DNA from: Cycas panzhihuaensis
Taxonomy: Eukaryota; Plantae; Cycadophyta
Direction of reading: 5' to 3'
Assembly: GCA_023213395.1 (NCBI GenBank)
Contig: CM041465.1
Location: 244,411,741-244,475,740 of the forward strand
DNA: 64,000 nucleotides
Of this stretch, positions 1-14,653 are shown piece after piece. Both the position numbers and the translations under genes were made by a program. The notes beneath the pieces are model-generated. The model saw nothing but the letters and a program-made list of their open reading frames with translations. It was not told the DNA's origin and made no database searches. Numbering within the stretch: position 1 is the stretch's first letter; the number at the start of each line of letters is the position of its first letter.

Positions 1-1060
1 GAGAAATTACATTCCTCATTAATCAAGAGATTTATCTAGGAGTAGATAGATCATTCTTACACCTTGTTAATAAGTGTACCTCTAGTAGGTTCACACCTAG
101 CATAAGTAGCACAATAAAGCATCATGCCAATTCTATGCTAGACTAAAGAAGGGTACAATCATGTAAACTTCACTCTATGTGATGATCCTTTAATGTCCAT
201 TAGACACACAACTTTAGAGGCATTTCAATTGTTGACTATTGATGAGAAACCCATAATACAGTCAAAGATTATTAAGGAGGATGTCTTATCCTCATCAATA
301 ACACTTCTTAATACTAGATGATCTTATCTAGCATTATTTATCTTCTTGGTAAACAAGAAGAAGATATGTTCCACTATAGCCATTACATATTACTTCTCTC
401 TTATCCATCAAAGATTAAGAAATTGAGGATAATTTCCTCTTAAATAGGGAGAAATGATGAGTATTACTCATTCATATGTCATGAAACTTTATAATATAAT
501 ATATAAATTATTATACTTATATGTAAAGTATGTTTAAATTTAGTTAATTAGTAAGTTTATTTATTTTTTTGTTAGATAATAATTAGTAGATTGTTAAAGT
601 AACTAATATAGTTAGTTAGTTAGGGTTTTAGGTGGTTGTTAAGCCCTTAACATAAATGAGGGGCACATAAGTATAAAAATCATCAATAAGTATGTATTCA
701 TGAATGTAAGTTGATCTTGAGATAGTATAACTAAATCCATTATATCACCTCTTCAACAATCCCTATTTAATGGGTAAAGTTATTTGTGATTATATTCTCC
801 CATAATTACATATCATGAGATCATACAGAGATCCTTCAGTTACTCAACCATACTTCTATTAATAATCTTTTCCTAATCTAGTAAATCATCCTCCTTAATG
901 CATTTAGTAATAGTGAATGTATGAAGGAGATTAAGTTAGGAATCATCTAAGAAGCTAAATATTCTAAATAAAATAGATATCTATATTATAATATCATTTT
1001 TGAGTAGTTTTGCTTTTAATCCTTCTCTGTTCTAGATCTTCTTAAAAGGATCCAACTACT
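1..1060 (+). mobile_element. Probable 3' tail, PPT and 3' LTR of a Gypsy element entering from the left edge
   Basis: 'aattgaggataatttcctcttaaatagggagaaa|tgatga' (421-460) resembles the (L)EDK..F-PPT-TG junction of plant chromovirus-type Gypsy elements. No partner LTR is in the window and the right end is a guess. Confidence 0.35.
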
Positions 1061-1487
1061 AGTTTCCCATCTCCTTAATAAGTTTAGTATCCTTGGACAA
1101 AGCTTCTTTAATCTTTGTAGTATAAATGACACCTAAGACTTTGGAAGTCTAAACATTCTTTTCAAGTTATACACCCTCAGGTTATCCATTAACTTGTTAT
1201 TTAGGTTGAGCATTAGCTTATTGTCCTCCTTTAGGCATTAGGTTATTATGGTCATCAATGCTAGTAGGGGAATATTCTAGGTATAAACCCAATTTAAGTT
1301 AATTCAATTTTCTATAATTGGTTGTTTAACTTGTTGATCTATTTGAAATCTCTTACTATCTATACCTTTGAAGCTTAGTTTGGTATCATCAATGTTTTGT
1401 ATACTGGCTTTCCTTTGTTAGTACTTACTACATTGAATTGGTTACTCTTCTACAACTTTTCTTTATTTTAATCAATTGGCTCCTTCA

Positions 1488-1813
1488 TGTTGGAGTGCGT
1501 GATGCTAACTATCACAAGGAAGTCCTCTTCCCAAATCGCCCTGCGGCTTTTGGTGTAACAGCAACCTGTGACAAGTGGTATCAAAGCAACCAGGGTTTAA
1601 AACTGGTCCTATGTACCACAGTAGTACACCTGGAGATACGTGAAGGTGTTTTCTAGGTGGTGCTAAGGAACATTGTGGTGGACATGTAATGTTGTATAGG
1701 TATAGCCAACTCCTTGTGACAGGGGAGTATTGGAGCATGTAACGCTAACTATCATAAGGAAGTCCTCTTCCCAAATCACTCTCAGGCTTTTGGTGTAACG
1801 GCAACCTGTGACA
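1488..1813 (+). mobile_element. Complete TRIM (terminal-repeat retrotransposon in miniature), 326 bp
   Basis: Two 86-bp LTRs at 1488-1573 (TG..CA) and 1728-1813 (TA..CA) with 12 mismatches. PBS tggtatcaaagc (tRNA-iMet type) at 1576-1587, PPT acaggggag at 1719-1727. Perfect 5-bp TSD CTTCA at 1483-1487 and 1814-1818. No coding capacity. Confidence 0.95.
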
Positions 1814-4374
1814 CTTCACCTCTGCACTATTTGTTCTTTATGATTATCACCTAGCTTCACTTTATCTAATGTTAAGATGACAAAAAAATAAAATGAAAAG
1901 GTTAATATAATTATTCCACTTTATATTAGCTATATTGTATTCTTTAAACTCATTCCATTAGTCACTTGTCAATTGATCTCATGCATGTCATTGATTAAAT
2001 GGCTCTTATTGCACCATCTAAGTGAGCCACTAAGATGTAATCTAAAGATTAACACTCCCCTTTTCACATGTCCCATTTGATCAATAGCATAAATCAGTTG
2101 TCTTAGGACTTCATCCTATGAGTCATTATCATTCATTCTTATAATTTTATGTGGAGAACTTATTTCATGGGGACCTAGTTCTATGGGAGTTTAACCTCCT
2201 TAGTTGAATATCTCAATTATAAAAATATACACCCATATGCATTATCCCACAAGAATCTTGTTTTGCACTTATAATTTAAATGGAATATTATTCATGTAAG
2301 GAAACTCTATGCGAGACCCTTTTCCTTTTTTCTCTCTCTTTTAATACTAACTCCTACAAGTTATCCATCCTATGAAACTATTTCTCCCACAAACTTCTCT
2401 TCTACTTTGCCTATCGTACATCACTTAAGCAATTTACAAGGGATCTTTTTTATAAGAGAACTTAATACTCTTTATACATTATGTTTTTTCTTTTACTTCA
2501 TAATGGTAGGCCCTATTATTCTTTTCCTATGAATTTATCTTCCTATAAATTGCATCCCCCATGAGCTCCTTATCCTACTCACACCTTTATGGATAAACAC
2601 CCTTCCATGATAGACCCTCCTCACAAGAGAAAATTGGTGAGGGAGTCTTTATTTCTCTTTTATTTATAATTTTCTCTTTTAGTTTAAGGTGGTGGACCCA
2701 ATTACTCTTTTCCTATAAACTCCTTATCCTATAGTCTTTTTATGCTATGAGTCACCATTTCCTAGAGAAACGTCTTTCCAAAATAGTGTTCATCATGGGA
2801 ATGTTCCTATATAGGAGAATAATTTCTCTATCTTATTCTCCACAAGTAAATTATCCTAAAAAAATATCCTTCTTTGAGAAACACTTATCCAAGATAGAAC
2901 TTTGTTGTAGGAGACTCGTTGTAAGGGGAAGATATATTGCAAGAAATTTATGTAAAAATTATCTCTTCCAGACTTCATTTCCCATAAACTCTTACTCCCA
3001 TATATTTCCTGTATGAATAATTAGTCTTAGGTCCTAAAAGTCTTATCATTAGAATAATCTCCTTTTCCTTACCTTAGTGCTTATGCGTAAGTTAGCTACT
3101 AGAATTGTTCTTCGCTAAGTCAAAAGTTTTTCTTCATACACCCCTTTTTGTACTGAAAAAGGGGATAACAAACATATGACTCTATATCTTTACCCAAGTT
3201 CCATAAGACTAGGAGCCTTATAAGATTTGATTTATAAGTCACTATGGCCCCTCACTTTCCTCCACCACCTCTTACTTATGGTATTCCCTTATTTACTAAA
3301 CATAGTGGTGGACCCTTCCACCTATTAAATTTAGCTTATTTTGTGTTGGAACAATTACCTCCTAAAGAGCTTACCCTTAATCAAGGCATACTTCATGAGG
3401 ACCTTAAGACAACTCCTTCCTAAGGCCTTGTCTCATCTTCCATTGGTACCTTTTGGGAACATCTTAGATTGAGTTAGACCATATAAGTAGGAAGTTCTTA
3501 TATGCCTCTTCAAGAGGCTACCACTACCACTTCCTCCCCTATGTCCTCTACCCCTTTCATTCCACCAACTCCCTAACCTAGCATGTAAAGCACTCAACCT
3601 TTTGACCATAAAACTTCTACTTCTCTTGGATGTGGTCCTACACATAGAGCTTTTAGTTAGTCCCAATACCTTTTTGCTTTATTTCATAGGACCTTAGTCT
3701 TACTTCTAGATTTTAACCCAACTAGTCTTGTCCCTACCCCTCTAATTTATTCTATCACTCTATATTTTATTCCTCCTCCTTCTATGATCCCTCTATAAGG
3801 ACCTAATATTTTTATTATCCCTCCATAGAGGAAATACGTTACCTTGTCATATGGGTTAGCTCCTTTATCCTCATCCTTATAAGTATCTACTTCCATACTA
3901 GTTCATTTTAGCTAAGTAAGATCTATTCCTACTAATCAAGTATCTCCCACTTCTACATGGACATGAATACCTCTTGTTAATATCACTCCCCTACCCTTGG
4001 AAATCCATTATCATATCTACTTCTCAACCTAGATGAGAATCTAGTCCCTAACTTAGAGGATCTTATGGTTTACCCTTTATATCCCATCTAGGTGTAGGTT
4101 CATACCCTCCTTGTGTAGTAATGTACATGTCCCTTACACCCTATGATATCCTAATATACCCTCCCCTAGAGCACCTTAGACTAGCATTCCATATATACAA
4201 CTATCTTCTTATCCATATTGTGGTCCAACCCCTTATTCTAATGCTTTGAATGTTGAGCAATCCTCTATGTACCTAGGTCAACCTACATATGAAGTAGATC
4301 CTTCACCCTAACCTAGTACATAAATATCTTCCTTCTCTTCTCTTATGGAAAGGAGAACTTATACCAATTATAAG

Positions 4375-7300
4375 ATGAACCCATTTCCATAAGAGGTCCT
4401 CTTATACCCTCTTACACTCTTTATACCTAAATTCCCTAAGTTTAATAGAGATGTAGGGTAAGATCCCACTAGTCATATGTAAACTTTTACACTTGCATAT
4501 GTCAATTACCTACCCTATGACCATATTGTGATGTTAATTTTTTTTAAATCCTTATTAAGTAATGATCGAAAATGGATCTATATGTTGTTGGATGCATCCA
4601 TCCATTTCTTTTAATAACTTATGGATTCTTTCATCAAATATTTTGGTGTTACTCATCCTTTTGAGATAAAGGTAAAAGCACTTTTTTAATCAAACAAGGG
4701 GTGGATGAGTCCTCTCGTAATTTCATTCATTATTTCTAAGACTTAATCCATTCTTTCCAATACCCATTACTTAATTATCTTCTTTTTTATCTTTTTACTA
4801 ATGCTTTCAAATCTCAATTCCATCTTAAGGTGCTAAAACTTGGACCAACTACCTATAAGAACACCATCAATAGGTGCTTAGCCCTTGAATCTTTTGAGAT
4901 TTAAGTTGCAATTAAGAAGTTAAATAAGCCCTATTTCACTCCTAAGCAAGAGACTACTCATGAGCCCAAGCATGTCTAAGGTAATAAGACCTATGATTAA
5001 CTTAATTATGCCCTTCATACCTTAGAGCACTCTATCATGACTAAAATTTTAACTTCTACTCCTAAACATTCAAAGGAATCCAAAACCATCCACCTTGTAG
5101 ATCAAAAATGTGAATAATTATCTAAGACTATTTTTTCTCCTCCTAATAAGAAGGGACCTTAGTACACTTACCACCAAATTAATACCGATAACTATTTGGG
5201 TTATAATAAACTTAAATAATATGGAAGGAACTACACTTTAGCCAATCAATAATCTACATGTCAAGATAAAGACTTATTGTTAACTATTTTCCCAACTACT
5301 AAAGTAAATATAAAGGAAAGGGTCCTACTAAGGAGGAAGGCCCATCTATAAATCCTTAATATAAAACTAAAGAAGGTTCCACCCCTACTAAACCCATGAA
5401 GAACAAAAAGAATAATCATTGAAATCAAAAGCCCCCTCATAAAGACAACCAAGATTCTCAAGTGAAGACCATCAACATGGTCAAAATGGTTAACCTTCTT
5501 CAAGTTAAAACTCAAAAGTCTAAAACTTTGAATTTGGCTCCTCATCTAAGTTAATTGAGGAAGTTTTAAAGATTCCCCTATATCCTATTAAAATATGCTT
5601 TCATCATGCTCTCTTATATATTACTAAGATGAAGGGCTTCTTCATCATTGAGGAGCCTATGTCTATGTGTATTGGAATTTCCATGTCTTGGCACCCTTAG
5701 CATCGAGCAACTTGACTCAAGCAAATCTCTTCTTACTTTTAATCCCTCTTGATTTCAAAACCATTTTGATTGATGAAATATTCCTCTCTTCATCATTTGA
5801 ATTATGAGTGATGAATGGACCATACAAAGGGTCATTAGAGATGAAGGTGTTACTACCAACATCTTTCCTTTTCATCCCTTAGAGCCCCTTAGTATTTTTA
5901 TCTATAAACCCATAAATTACGTGTGTTACAGATCTGATGAAATTTAAATGGTTCCAATAAGTAAGATCTCATTTCCCCTTACCCTCCATGGTAAAATTAT
6001 CATTACAAACTTTACCATCCTAGATTTAGACATTGAATATAATATGTTATTAGGTTAATTATGGATTAACCAAATGGGGGTTGTTTGCTCTTCTTTCTCT
6101 AGTGAACTTTAGTTTATTTATGAGGGGAAGGTTTAAGTAGACTATCATCAACACAAACCCTAAAAATAGTAGATATCCATGGTTAATGCCCTACTTAAGG
6201 ATGATGAGATTGAACCATCTTTTATCTTACTTAGCTTTGGCTAATATTTTCTAGCTAAAGGACCTGGAACTAACAAAGTCATTAAAATCAAAGATGTACA
6301 AATAATTAGCCAGATCATCCATTACCTTAACCATTTCAAAAATGATAGGGATATCCTTAAGTATTTAGTTGGTTCATCCCCTAGATTGCCACTAAATCAT
6401 CATAGACTTAAATTTGCTAAGTTTATACACATCAATTGTCCTTTATCTTTTGAAGACCAAGAGGCTTCTATGTTGACTCCTCTAGTTAATCTAGATCCTT
6501 CTCACTTTATGAAGAGAATCACTCTACTAGTCAGTCATACCATTAGCATTGACCTTGGCATCACCAACAAATCTTGTATTATTAAAGTGGAGGATAAATA
6601 CTTCCTAAAATAGGTCCAATAAATTAGAAACTTAGTATCAAGTTATCTTTTATCTTTACTTGGGACTATTCAAACATAAAAGGACCCGATCTTGACATGG
6701 TTTTCCACACATCATTATTTTTCCATGAACTAGGCTCAAATACCAGTGGTAAAGGCCTATCCACCCCTAATTTTTTTATATTATTAAGTTAGAAGTTGAA
6801 AAGTTTTTAAAGGCCAAATTCATTAAGTTAATAGCTTACCCTCAATAAGTCTCTAACATTTTCCTAGTTGTTAATAAGAATGGTTTTATTAGAATTTGTA
6901 TCATTTTTAGAGATATCAATGATGCATGTCTAAAACATCATTTACCTTTACCCTTAATTAATTAAATTCTTGATCAATACACTGGTTTCAAAATCATGTC
7001 CCTTATGAATGGTTTTTTAGGGTATAACTAAATTTTATTACTTCTAAACACTACCACAAGATTGCCTTTACTACTCCACAAGGGACCTTTGCTTATAAAG
7101 TTATATCCTTTAGTATGAAGAATACCAAGGTTATGTATCAATGAGCAATGCACTACATTTTCCATGATTTGACAGGTCATAAAGTTGGTATATATCTTGA
7201 TGATATGATTAAGCTCTCAAATAATTAAAAATGTCATATTCATTACCTCAAGGTCATCTTTAAGAGTTATAAAAAGTACTATATTTGCTTAAACCCTCTT

Positions 7301-9320
7301 AAGTTTGTCTTTGTCATAACATTTGGTTAAATCCTTAGCAATGTTATTTCAAGAGAAGGCATTTAATCAGACCCAAATAAGATTAAACTAATGGTTGAGA
7401 TGCCACCATTGCCACCTAAAAGTATGTTAAATCATTCCTAAGGCACTTGGGCTTTCTTCATAGATTCTTAAGCTAACTTTTCTTTGAATGCTAAGCCCCT
7501 TACAAATCTTTTAAAGAAGGGTATTTTCCTTCATCAGACACTTGAAGTCCAAAAATCTTTTAATATATTTAAATAATACCTTATCTCAACTCTTATATTC
7601 CCCTTCCTCATTTTGACAAGCCTTCTATCTTGTATGCCTTAGCTATTGAAAATTCCCTTAGAGGTATGCTAGCCCAAGAGGACAACCTTGGCCATGAACA
7701 TGCCATCTACTTTATTAATAAAACTCTTATTAAAGCTAAAATCAAGTACTCTTCTACCAAGAAGGAGTGTCTTGCCCTAGTAATTTTCCACTAAGAAATT
7801 TTGCCATTATCTCTTAGGTAATACTATGAGGGTTATTGCACTATATAATCCTATGTGCCTCCTTCCCACTAAAGTTGATCTTACTAGATATGTGGAAAAG
7901 GGATATCTCTTATTATAAGAATTTAACATAGAAGTAATTAATTGCAAGTATAAGAAGGGTATAGTCATTATTGAATAACCGACAGCCTCCTTTTTACCTT
8001 CTAATCAAACAAGAAGTTAGATGGCTCCATTATCTATGTCATATCCTCCATGTCAATGTTTCCAAGAATAATTCTAAATGGTATGTTAACATCATCTACT
8101 TCTTATAAGACTAATATTACCTTATACATATAAACTATAAAGGTATAAAGAGAATTAGAGCCATAGCTAAACATTATACTCCTCGTAGTGATATGCTTTA
8201 TAAGTGTTCATTCGAAGGTGTCCTACATAGATGCCTTAATCCCCCTTAAACTGAATCTATCTTAAGCGAGTGTCATGGTAGCATCTATGGTGGGTGTTTT
8301 GGTATCCATGCCACTACCTAGTACATCCTATATATGGGCGACTATTGACCTTCTCTCTTTTTTAATACCCATGCATATGTTTATAAGTACAAAACATGTC
8401 AAACCTATGTTGATCTTATCTATCAACACCCCATATTAATGAGGGAGATTATTTTAACCTAGCCTTTTTCATAGTGGCACTAAGATCTAATTGGTTAAAT
8501 GCACCCATATTCCTCTATTATCCATAAGTTTATCATCACATCCATGGAATATTTCACTAAGTTGAGTGAAGTGGCTCCACTTACTTTGACCATAGGAAAG
8601 GTCATCATAACCTTGATCTATCATCATATCATTTGTCACTTCGAGGTTCTCAATATCATCATCATAGATAATGGAACCCTCTTCTATAATAAATATGTTG
8701 ATGAGTTATGCTCAAAATTCTAAATCATCCATCAAACTTAATCCTCTTATTACACTCAAGCTAATTAACAAATTCAAGCCTTTAATAAAACATTGACCAA
8801 ATTCTTGGCTAAAATAGTTTTTATGTCCTAAAGAGACTAGCATATCCAACCTTTTCTACTGATTTAAGTATATTATATGTCTATCTACACCATTATGGGG
8901 GTGGCACCCTTTTCACTTATTTATGGTAATGAGGTTGTTTTACCACTTAAAAATCAAAATCTTGTTGCTTTAGGTTTTACTTAATGAGTTTGCCAATGAT
9001 GAATGGTTATGTCAGGTTCATTTGCTTAAACAATTTGATGAGATGCACCTTTATGGTTATTAGACTATTATCTCTTTAAAGAAAAGGGCATAGGCTACCT
9101 ATGATAGGAACCTACAACCTCAAAATTTAAAATTAGTAACAAGGTACTAAAGTTTAAATATCTCCATAAGAAACAAAACAAGTTCAAACCTAAGTGAGTC
9201 AATCCTTACTTCATGATTAAGGATCTTCATTACAAAGCCTACTACATTGTATTAATAGATAAAAGTAAACTTGAAAGTCCAATTAATTCTTGATTTCATC
9301 ATCTATACTATGCCCAACAT
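4375..9320 (+). pseudogene. gag-pol: Gypsy gag-pol, many stops and frameshifts
   Basis: gag KFPKFN..DP.SH at ~4430. Protease RVI.DEG at ~5830 and YNMLLG..WI at ~6040. RT WDY..I.G.D at ~6660, YLDD at 7193-7204. RNase H GMLAQED..EHAIYF and KECLAL at ~7660-7780. Integrase CHG..GG.F at ~8270, EYFTK and IIDNG (ORF 8499-8723), GPY/F-like KFKPK at ~9180. Confidence 0.92.
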
Positions 9321-10291
9321 TCTCCCTTATCTACTCTGTAATGATATTAAACTGAGTCACTCCAAGATAAGGGTAAACTACTTATCATCTAAAATAAGCC
9401 TAAACTACAATCTTTCCCCTGTAATCCCAATGCTTAGGAGTATAAGATCCTCATTCCATTATATGAGTAAGATATGACAAAATACCTTAGAAGTAGTTTA
9501 GGAGTGATAGAGATTTAAGTATAACAATCAAAATAGAAGAAAGTACATAATAGGATAGATCCTTATGAGAATTAAGGGTCAAGGAGGGCCTTAGCAAAGC
9601 TTATGATTTGAAAATCTTCCTATACCTAGGAATAGCCAAGGGAGAATCTAATATAACATAAGGATTTGTTAATTTTCAAATAGGTTCTTAGATATATTTA
9701 TTAAATAATGTCTTCTTTAAAAGGTGTCATAAGAGCATTGGTTAGTTGAGGTTATCGAATGGTAATAAGTATTATTATGACTCTTCTTGGGCATATTTTC
9801 TAAGTTACATTTAATACCTAATCAAGGTATCCAATGCAATTCAAATTTTTCATTCCTATAAATTAAGCATTAGTTGTTTTATTGGGTAACTTTGAATTAC
9901 TGGATAAACTAACTAACCCTAAACCTATAGGGATGGTATACTTAATCCTTTTTTATCACTTTCTACCATTTTTAGATATGTCCTCTTCATTCCATACTTA
10001 TTTCAATCCTTCTTATTAGAGTTCCTATGCTTTACAATGAGCCTAAGCTATTACATACTTTGGCATAAGTATAATCTATTAAGCTTTCCCCATCCTTGTT
10101 ACTTGGGCCATTTTCACTCTCATTTTACTTTCTTCTCGCTCATTGTTTTCTTCTCAAATTATGTTCCTTATTAGAATATTATGTCTTCAATGGCTATCAT
10201 ACTCATGGTTAGTGTATATCATATAGGGAAAAAGGGGGAGGTAAGGTAAGAGTCAATGAAATATATGCCATTTATTAGTTGTCAAAAATAG

Positions 10292-10344
10292 GATATAGAT
10301 ATATATAGATAGATAAATAGATAGATATAGATAGATAGATATAG
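10292..10344. repeat. Degenerate (GATA)n microsatellite
   Basis: gatatagat...gatagatagatatag run. Confidence 0.8.
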
Positions 10345-11481
10345 TGAAAAAATCATAGGTATAAAATGTGGTGTAGTCCTAACTTCTATGAGTGCTCATA
10401 GGGATTCATAAAGCTATAATAATCATTCCTTATACTCATATAATAGACTTGCAAGATCCCTAATACTCCCCTCCACCCCCCTCTCTTATATCATCTCTCA
10501 AGGTTACAAACCATGTGCACTCTATGATGGACTAGCTCCATCTCTACTACCTATAGCATAACATGTGCTTATCCTAAAAGCTATGGAAGGAAGAGATTGA
10601 CCTCTTTTACAAGCCTCTTTCTCACATTAAAACTACTTAGATCAAGTCGCCATAAAGTTAACTTATTTATTTTCATTCTAGTTATGCTCTCTTTAATTTA
10701 TCATAATCTTTCACCTTATTCTACCCCCATTTTCTATAGTTGAGAAGGATCAACTATGCATTTTCCTCACTTCTAGTTGGGCTTTAATTATTTAGTCTTG
10801 GCATATTATGACCTATGATTTTCCCTTACTCTCTCATTGTCTTTACACCTCTATCTTCATCATATTTCCACTATAAAACACACTCAAATGTCATTCAATC
10901 ATTGACTATTAGCTTTAGGTTTTCTTCTCATATCCTCATATCTATTGGGGGATTGTAAATCCCATCCACTCCATCAAAATCACCCAAGGGCATATGGCAT
11001 TCACCTTAACATATGCCCTTTCCCTAATAATCACCATCATATACTACCACCTTCACATTTAAGGTAGGTCATATGTCGATTTCTTTCCCACCTACCTCAT
11101 GGTACTTCAGGTCCAAGTTGGTTAAGTCATTTGGTGACTTTGGATCTTGGTTGTGGACCACTAATTCCCTCCAATGATTAAACCTTGCTTGCTATTATGA
11201 TATGTATGCAAGTTTGAAGTATGAAAGTAGAATGAATTCTTATTTTCCCTTCTAACAACATCTTAAAATCTAGGATAGGTTGTATAATGATCCCATTTCT
11301 ATCTATTATTTAGTAGTTTAGATTTTGATCATTTGCATGCCTTAGTACTTTCAGATTCAACATTATTCTATCTCATTATGATGCTCATCTAAATCAAAAC
11401 TTATTGCAACTATCATCTTTTACCCTTGTTCCATATATAAATGCCCTTTTTGTCTTAAATTCTCTAGCAAACGTCTTTCTT

Positions 11482-11872
11482 CCTGATCATTTTCTACCCT
11501 CCTTCATCTATTTGGTAGTTCTTTAGTCAAATTCCCACTAGTCATGACTACATTTATAGTATTTTTCATTCACATAAATAAGTGTGAGGTTTTCTCCACT
11601 CTTCCATAAGAAACCTAACTAAGTATGTCATTATTATAGGTGTTTTTTAAGATATAACATATGCCCAACTCTTTTATATCATCTTCTATATTAATTCTCT
11701 CCTAGTTGTTTATCAACTAATTAGTATATGTCAAACCCTTTGCCACTAACTTTATGTGTTTGATAACTTATCTAGGCCCCTCTTAGTGCACTTTATTTAC
11801 ATTCAGATCCACCACATTCTCAGAGCTCAAATATTGAGGCTAATAGTCTTATTTATCACATCCTTACTTAAT
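11482..11872 (+). pseudogene. Decayed archaeal-type RNase H (aRH) remnant downstream of integrase
   Basis: Reads TKYVIIIG (consensus AEY.A.IG after G>A), YINSLLVVYQ (DS.LVV.Q) and FIYIQIHHILRAQ/NIEANSL (HI.R..N..AD.L), with a frameshift near 11830. Parallels the ORF at 61862-62266. Confidence 0.65.
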
Positions 11873-12225
11873 ACTTATAATTGTTATTCATTGACAACTT
11901 TCAACATCATACCACTCTTTGGTTGTTAAGATTTAATTGCCAAAAGGATAAATGTTTCTTCAAATTTGGCCTCATTGGTCATCAAGTATTAATCCCTCTT
12001 CATTTTTTTATAATTAGTGTGGTTTATTTATTAAGACATCATTGTGTAGTATGAGTACCTACCCTTAAGTCATCTATGATTGGAATCTATAATGTGCCAA
12101 ATCAAAGGTTTATCCACTTATACTACTATCCACCCTCATGCACTATGTCTTGGCTTCTTATTTGACATTTTTTCTAGTTTTTATTAGCCTATTTTCTACT
12201 TGAGATTTATATTTTTATACTTCTT

Positions 12226-12440
12226 GAAATTTGATGATATCATCATGTTATATTTGTTTTGACACCATTAAATTTCTCAATAGTGTCCCATCAAATTTAT
12301 ACTAACCCCACCAAAAATTTAATGGCATGTAATATCCATCAAATTATATGATAGTACTATTAAGATATATAACAATACCATCAAATTTAGTGATGTGATC
12401 TTCATAATTTTGGCATTATCCCCTTAATTTTGATGATATT
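12226..12440. repeat. Cluster of degenerate palindromic motifs, consensus near CCATCAAATTTGATGG
   Basis: About eight partial copies, e.g. cccatcaaattt, ccatcaaatta, accatcaaatttagtgatg, aaatttgatgat, aattttgatgat. Confidence 0.5.
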
Positions 12441-14653
12441 AACTATGCATTATCCTGAAATGGAAAAAACTTGACTTTTTACTTCATTTTACATTTTATT
12501 TCCTCCTTTTTACCAAACCAAACATAACATAAGAATGTTATATGCATAATACAAGTGGTTTTCTTACAAAATTCATATTTTAGGAGATCTATATAATCCC
12601 GTAAACTCATTTAGTATGAGACATTTAGATTGTTTGGACTTGTTACTAATTTTATTCATTCTTGCTTCCTCTTTCTCTTATGAGCTTGATGTGTAGTGTT
12701 TGCTTATTGTGTGTGTAGGTCTTGGATGCTTGTGAAAAAGTGATGATGGTTTCTACTTGTTTAGTAAAATAAGATGACTAGTTAAAGAGCAATTTACTAG
12801 CCCTTTAGTGTCCCATTGCTTGAGAACTTTTCTTCTTTCTTCTCAACTTGGTTAAATCACTTTTCTCTCCTCTTTTGGTCTCTAATTCTTAATAAAAGTT
12901 AGTTTCTCTAAGTTGGCACTAATATCTTGCTTTATTTGATTACAAATATGAACTAAGCAAATTCTCATTTCCTTCTTATTTGAGGAGCACCATTTTTCAT
13001 TAATTTTCTTAATTCTTATTGCTTGTTTGAGTGAGAGTTAATGTATTTAAACTTGCTTATGCTTGCTTGTGGCTTCCTTCATTTCTTAGGTGAACTTCAA
13101 TTACTTACTTAAGGCCTATCATTTTGTGGCTTGTTAATATTCATGATTGGCTTATCAATCAAGGATCCTCCTCTTGATTATGGCATTGTTGGGATTGACT
13201 CCCCTTTGCTTGCATTCAATTGGTTTTGTTTGCTTGCCCTTTGCCTCTCGTCCCTTTTTACATGATATCTACAAGTATAGTAACTTGCCTTATAAGCATC
13301 ATTTTGAGGTGTCTATAACCTTCATATATAGGTATAATAGTGTCCAACATTTCTCTTCTTATTTTGAATTTTAGAATTTACATGTTGATGTTTTAAGGTT
13401 ACATTTTCCTTTTAAGTTTTTTATTTTGGTTCTTATAACAAAGAGGACTTAACTAATGTCCTCTTTATGTAATCTTGCCTTAAATTTATGGTTTTTCTTA
13501 TAACTTTCCTTACTTTATAAGGAGATTTTCTTAAGACCTAAATAAGATCACCTTTAGAATGAAAAGTTAAAAAACACTTAAAGAAAACTAAGAAGGTAAA
13601 AAGCATAAAGTAGAAATAAGACCAAAAATTTTTCTAAAGGGTAATCCCCTTCTTTTCTAACCTTTATACCTTATCATTTTATTTTTAAACCACTTACAAA
13701 TCTTGATCATTTCAGGTATCATTTAAGTGCATGTAATTGAAATAAGAAAGGCTAGTGTAAGTGTAATTAGGGCTTAGATCCTTTGGTTTTCTTGGTTTAT
13801 TTTTTACAAGAATGCTTACATGATCTTACTTATTTCTTTTATATCAATTACTTGGTCTAACTAGTTGGAGGTAGATTTACATTTTGTTTAGTATTGCTTA
13901 TGTAAAACATTATAATTTCACTTCATTATTGTATGTGCTTGATTATATTTTGCCAACCCCCCTATAATGGAAATAACATCCACAAATACTGTTGCACTTG
14001 CACATAGGAAATCACTCATTAAAATAGAAACAATCTATTATTGATGTATTATATGATGGGGTTTGATGAGATATATAGTCTTTTCACTTAGGTGGAGTTG
14101 TAAGGAGACTCACTAAGATTTCTCAAGGTTGTTAAGCAAGGCCCTTAACTAGGATGTATTACTTTTAGCTAAGCATGTTTGGTGATAAGTTAGTGTGTGA
14201 AGTGAAATATGATTAGGTATCAATACCCAAGCCTTAAATAGAATTAGTTTAACACACCAATGGATGTAGGAAGAGTAGTGAAGATCTTATAGGTTTTATT
14301 CTACTAAATTGTCCCCTCTTTTTATTCTCTTTCACTAGTTATCTTCTCATACACAATTAACACTTAAGTTAAACTTTTATCTACATAATCTCATGAATAT
14401 ATATCATAGTTCTTGGACACTATATATTGAGTTATGTCTTATGTTAACCATATATTATGCCATTATTTGAGTCACACCTTGAGCTAGTGTTGGACCTATT
14501 ATTATATGTTGTTTGATGCTTCCCCCTTTTACACCCCCTCTTCCTATGGGAGGGTTAATTTATTTAGGACCTCCCTAAGTCTAAGCAAACAAAAGGAACT
14601 TTAAGGATAATATAAGTTTAGTGATAAAAATACCCAAGAAGAGTCAAAATATA

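Larger units (their letters stand above)
3175..11900 (+). mobile_element. Decayed Ty3/Gypsy non-chromovirus (Tat-type) element, copy 1; LTR pair not resolved
   Basis: Domain order gag-PR-RT-RH-INT with a downstream aRH remnant. Possible LTR end and PBS remnant 'caaaca|tatgactcta' at ~3169-3184. Homologous to the element at 54-64 kb. Confidence 0.8.

Noticed and set aside
1488-1813. Cassandra (5S rRNA-bearing TRIM), suggested by ggaagtcct in the LTRs
   Set aside because: Only 9 nt match. The 5S A-box/C-box region is absent and the LTRs are too short to hold it.
10945-10965. PPT plus TGTAAATCCC as the 3' LTR start of Gypsy copy 1
   Set aside because: No matching 5' LTR was found and an aRH remnant lies downstream of it.
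12550-14450. Possible long LTR fragment
   Set aside because: The composition is LTR-like but no termini, PBS, TSD or partner copy could be fixed.
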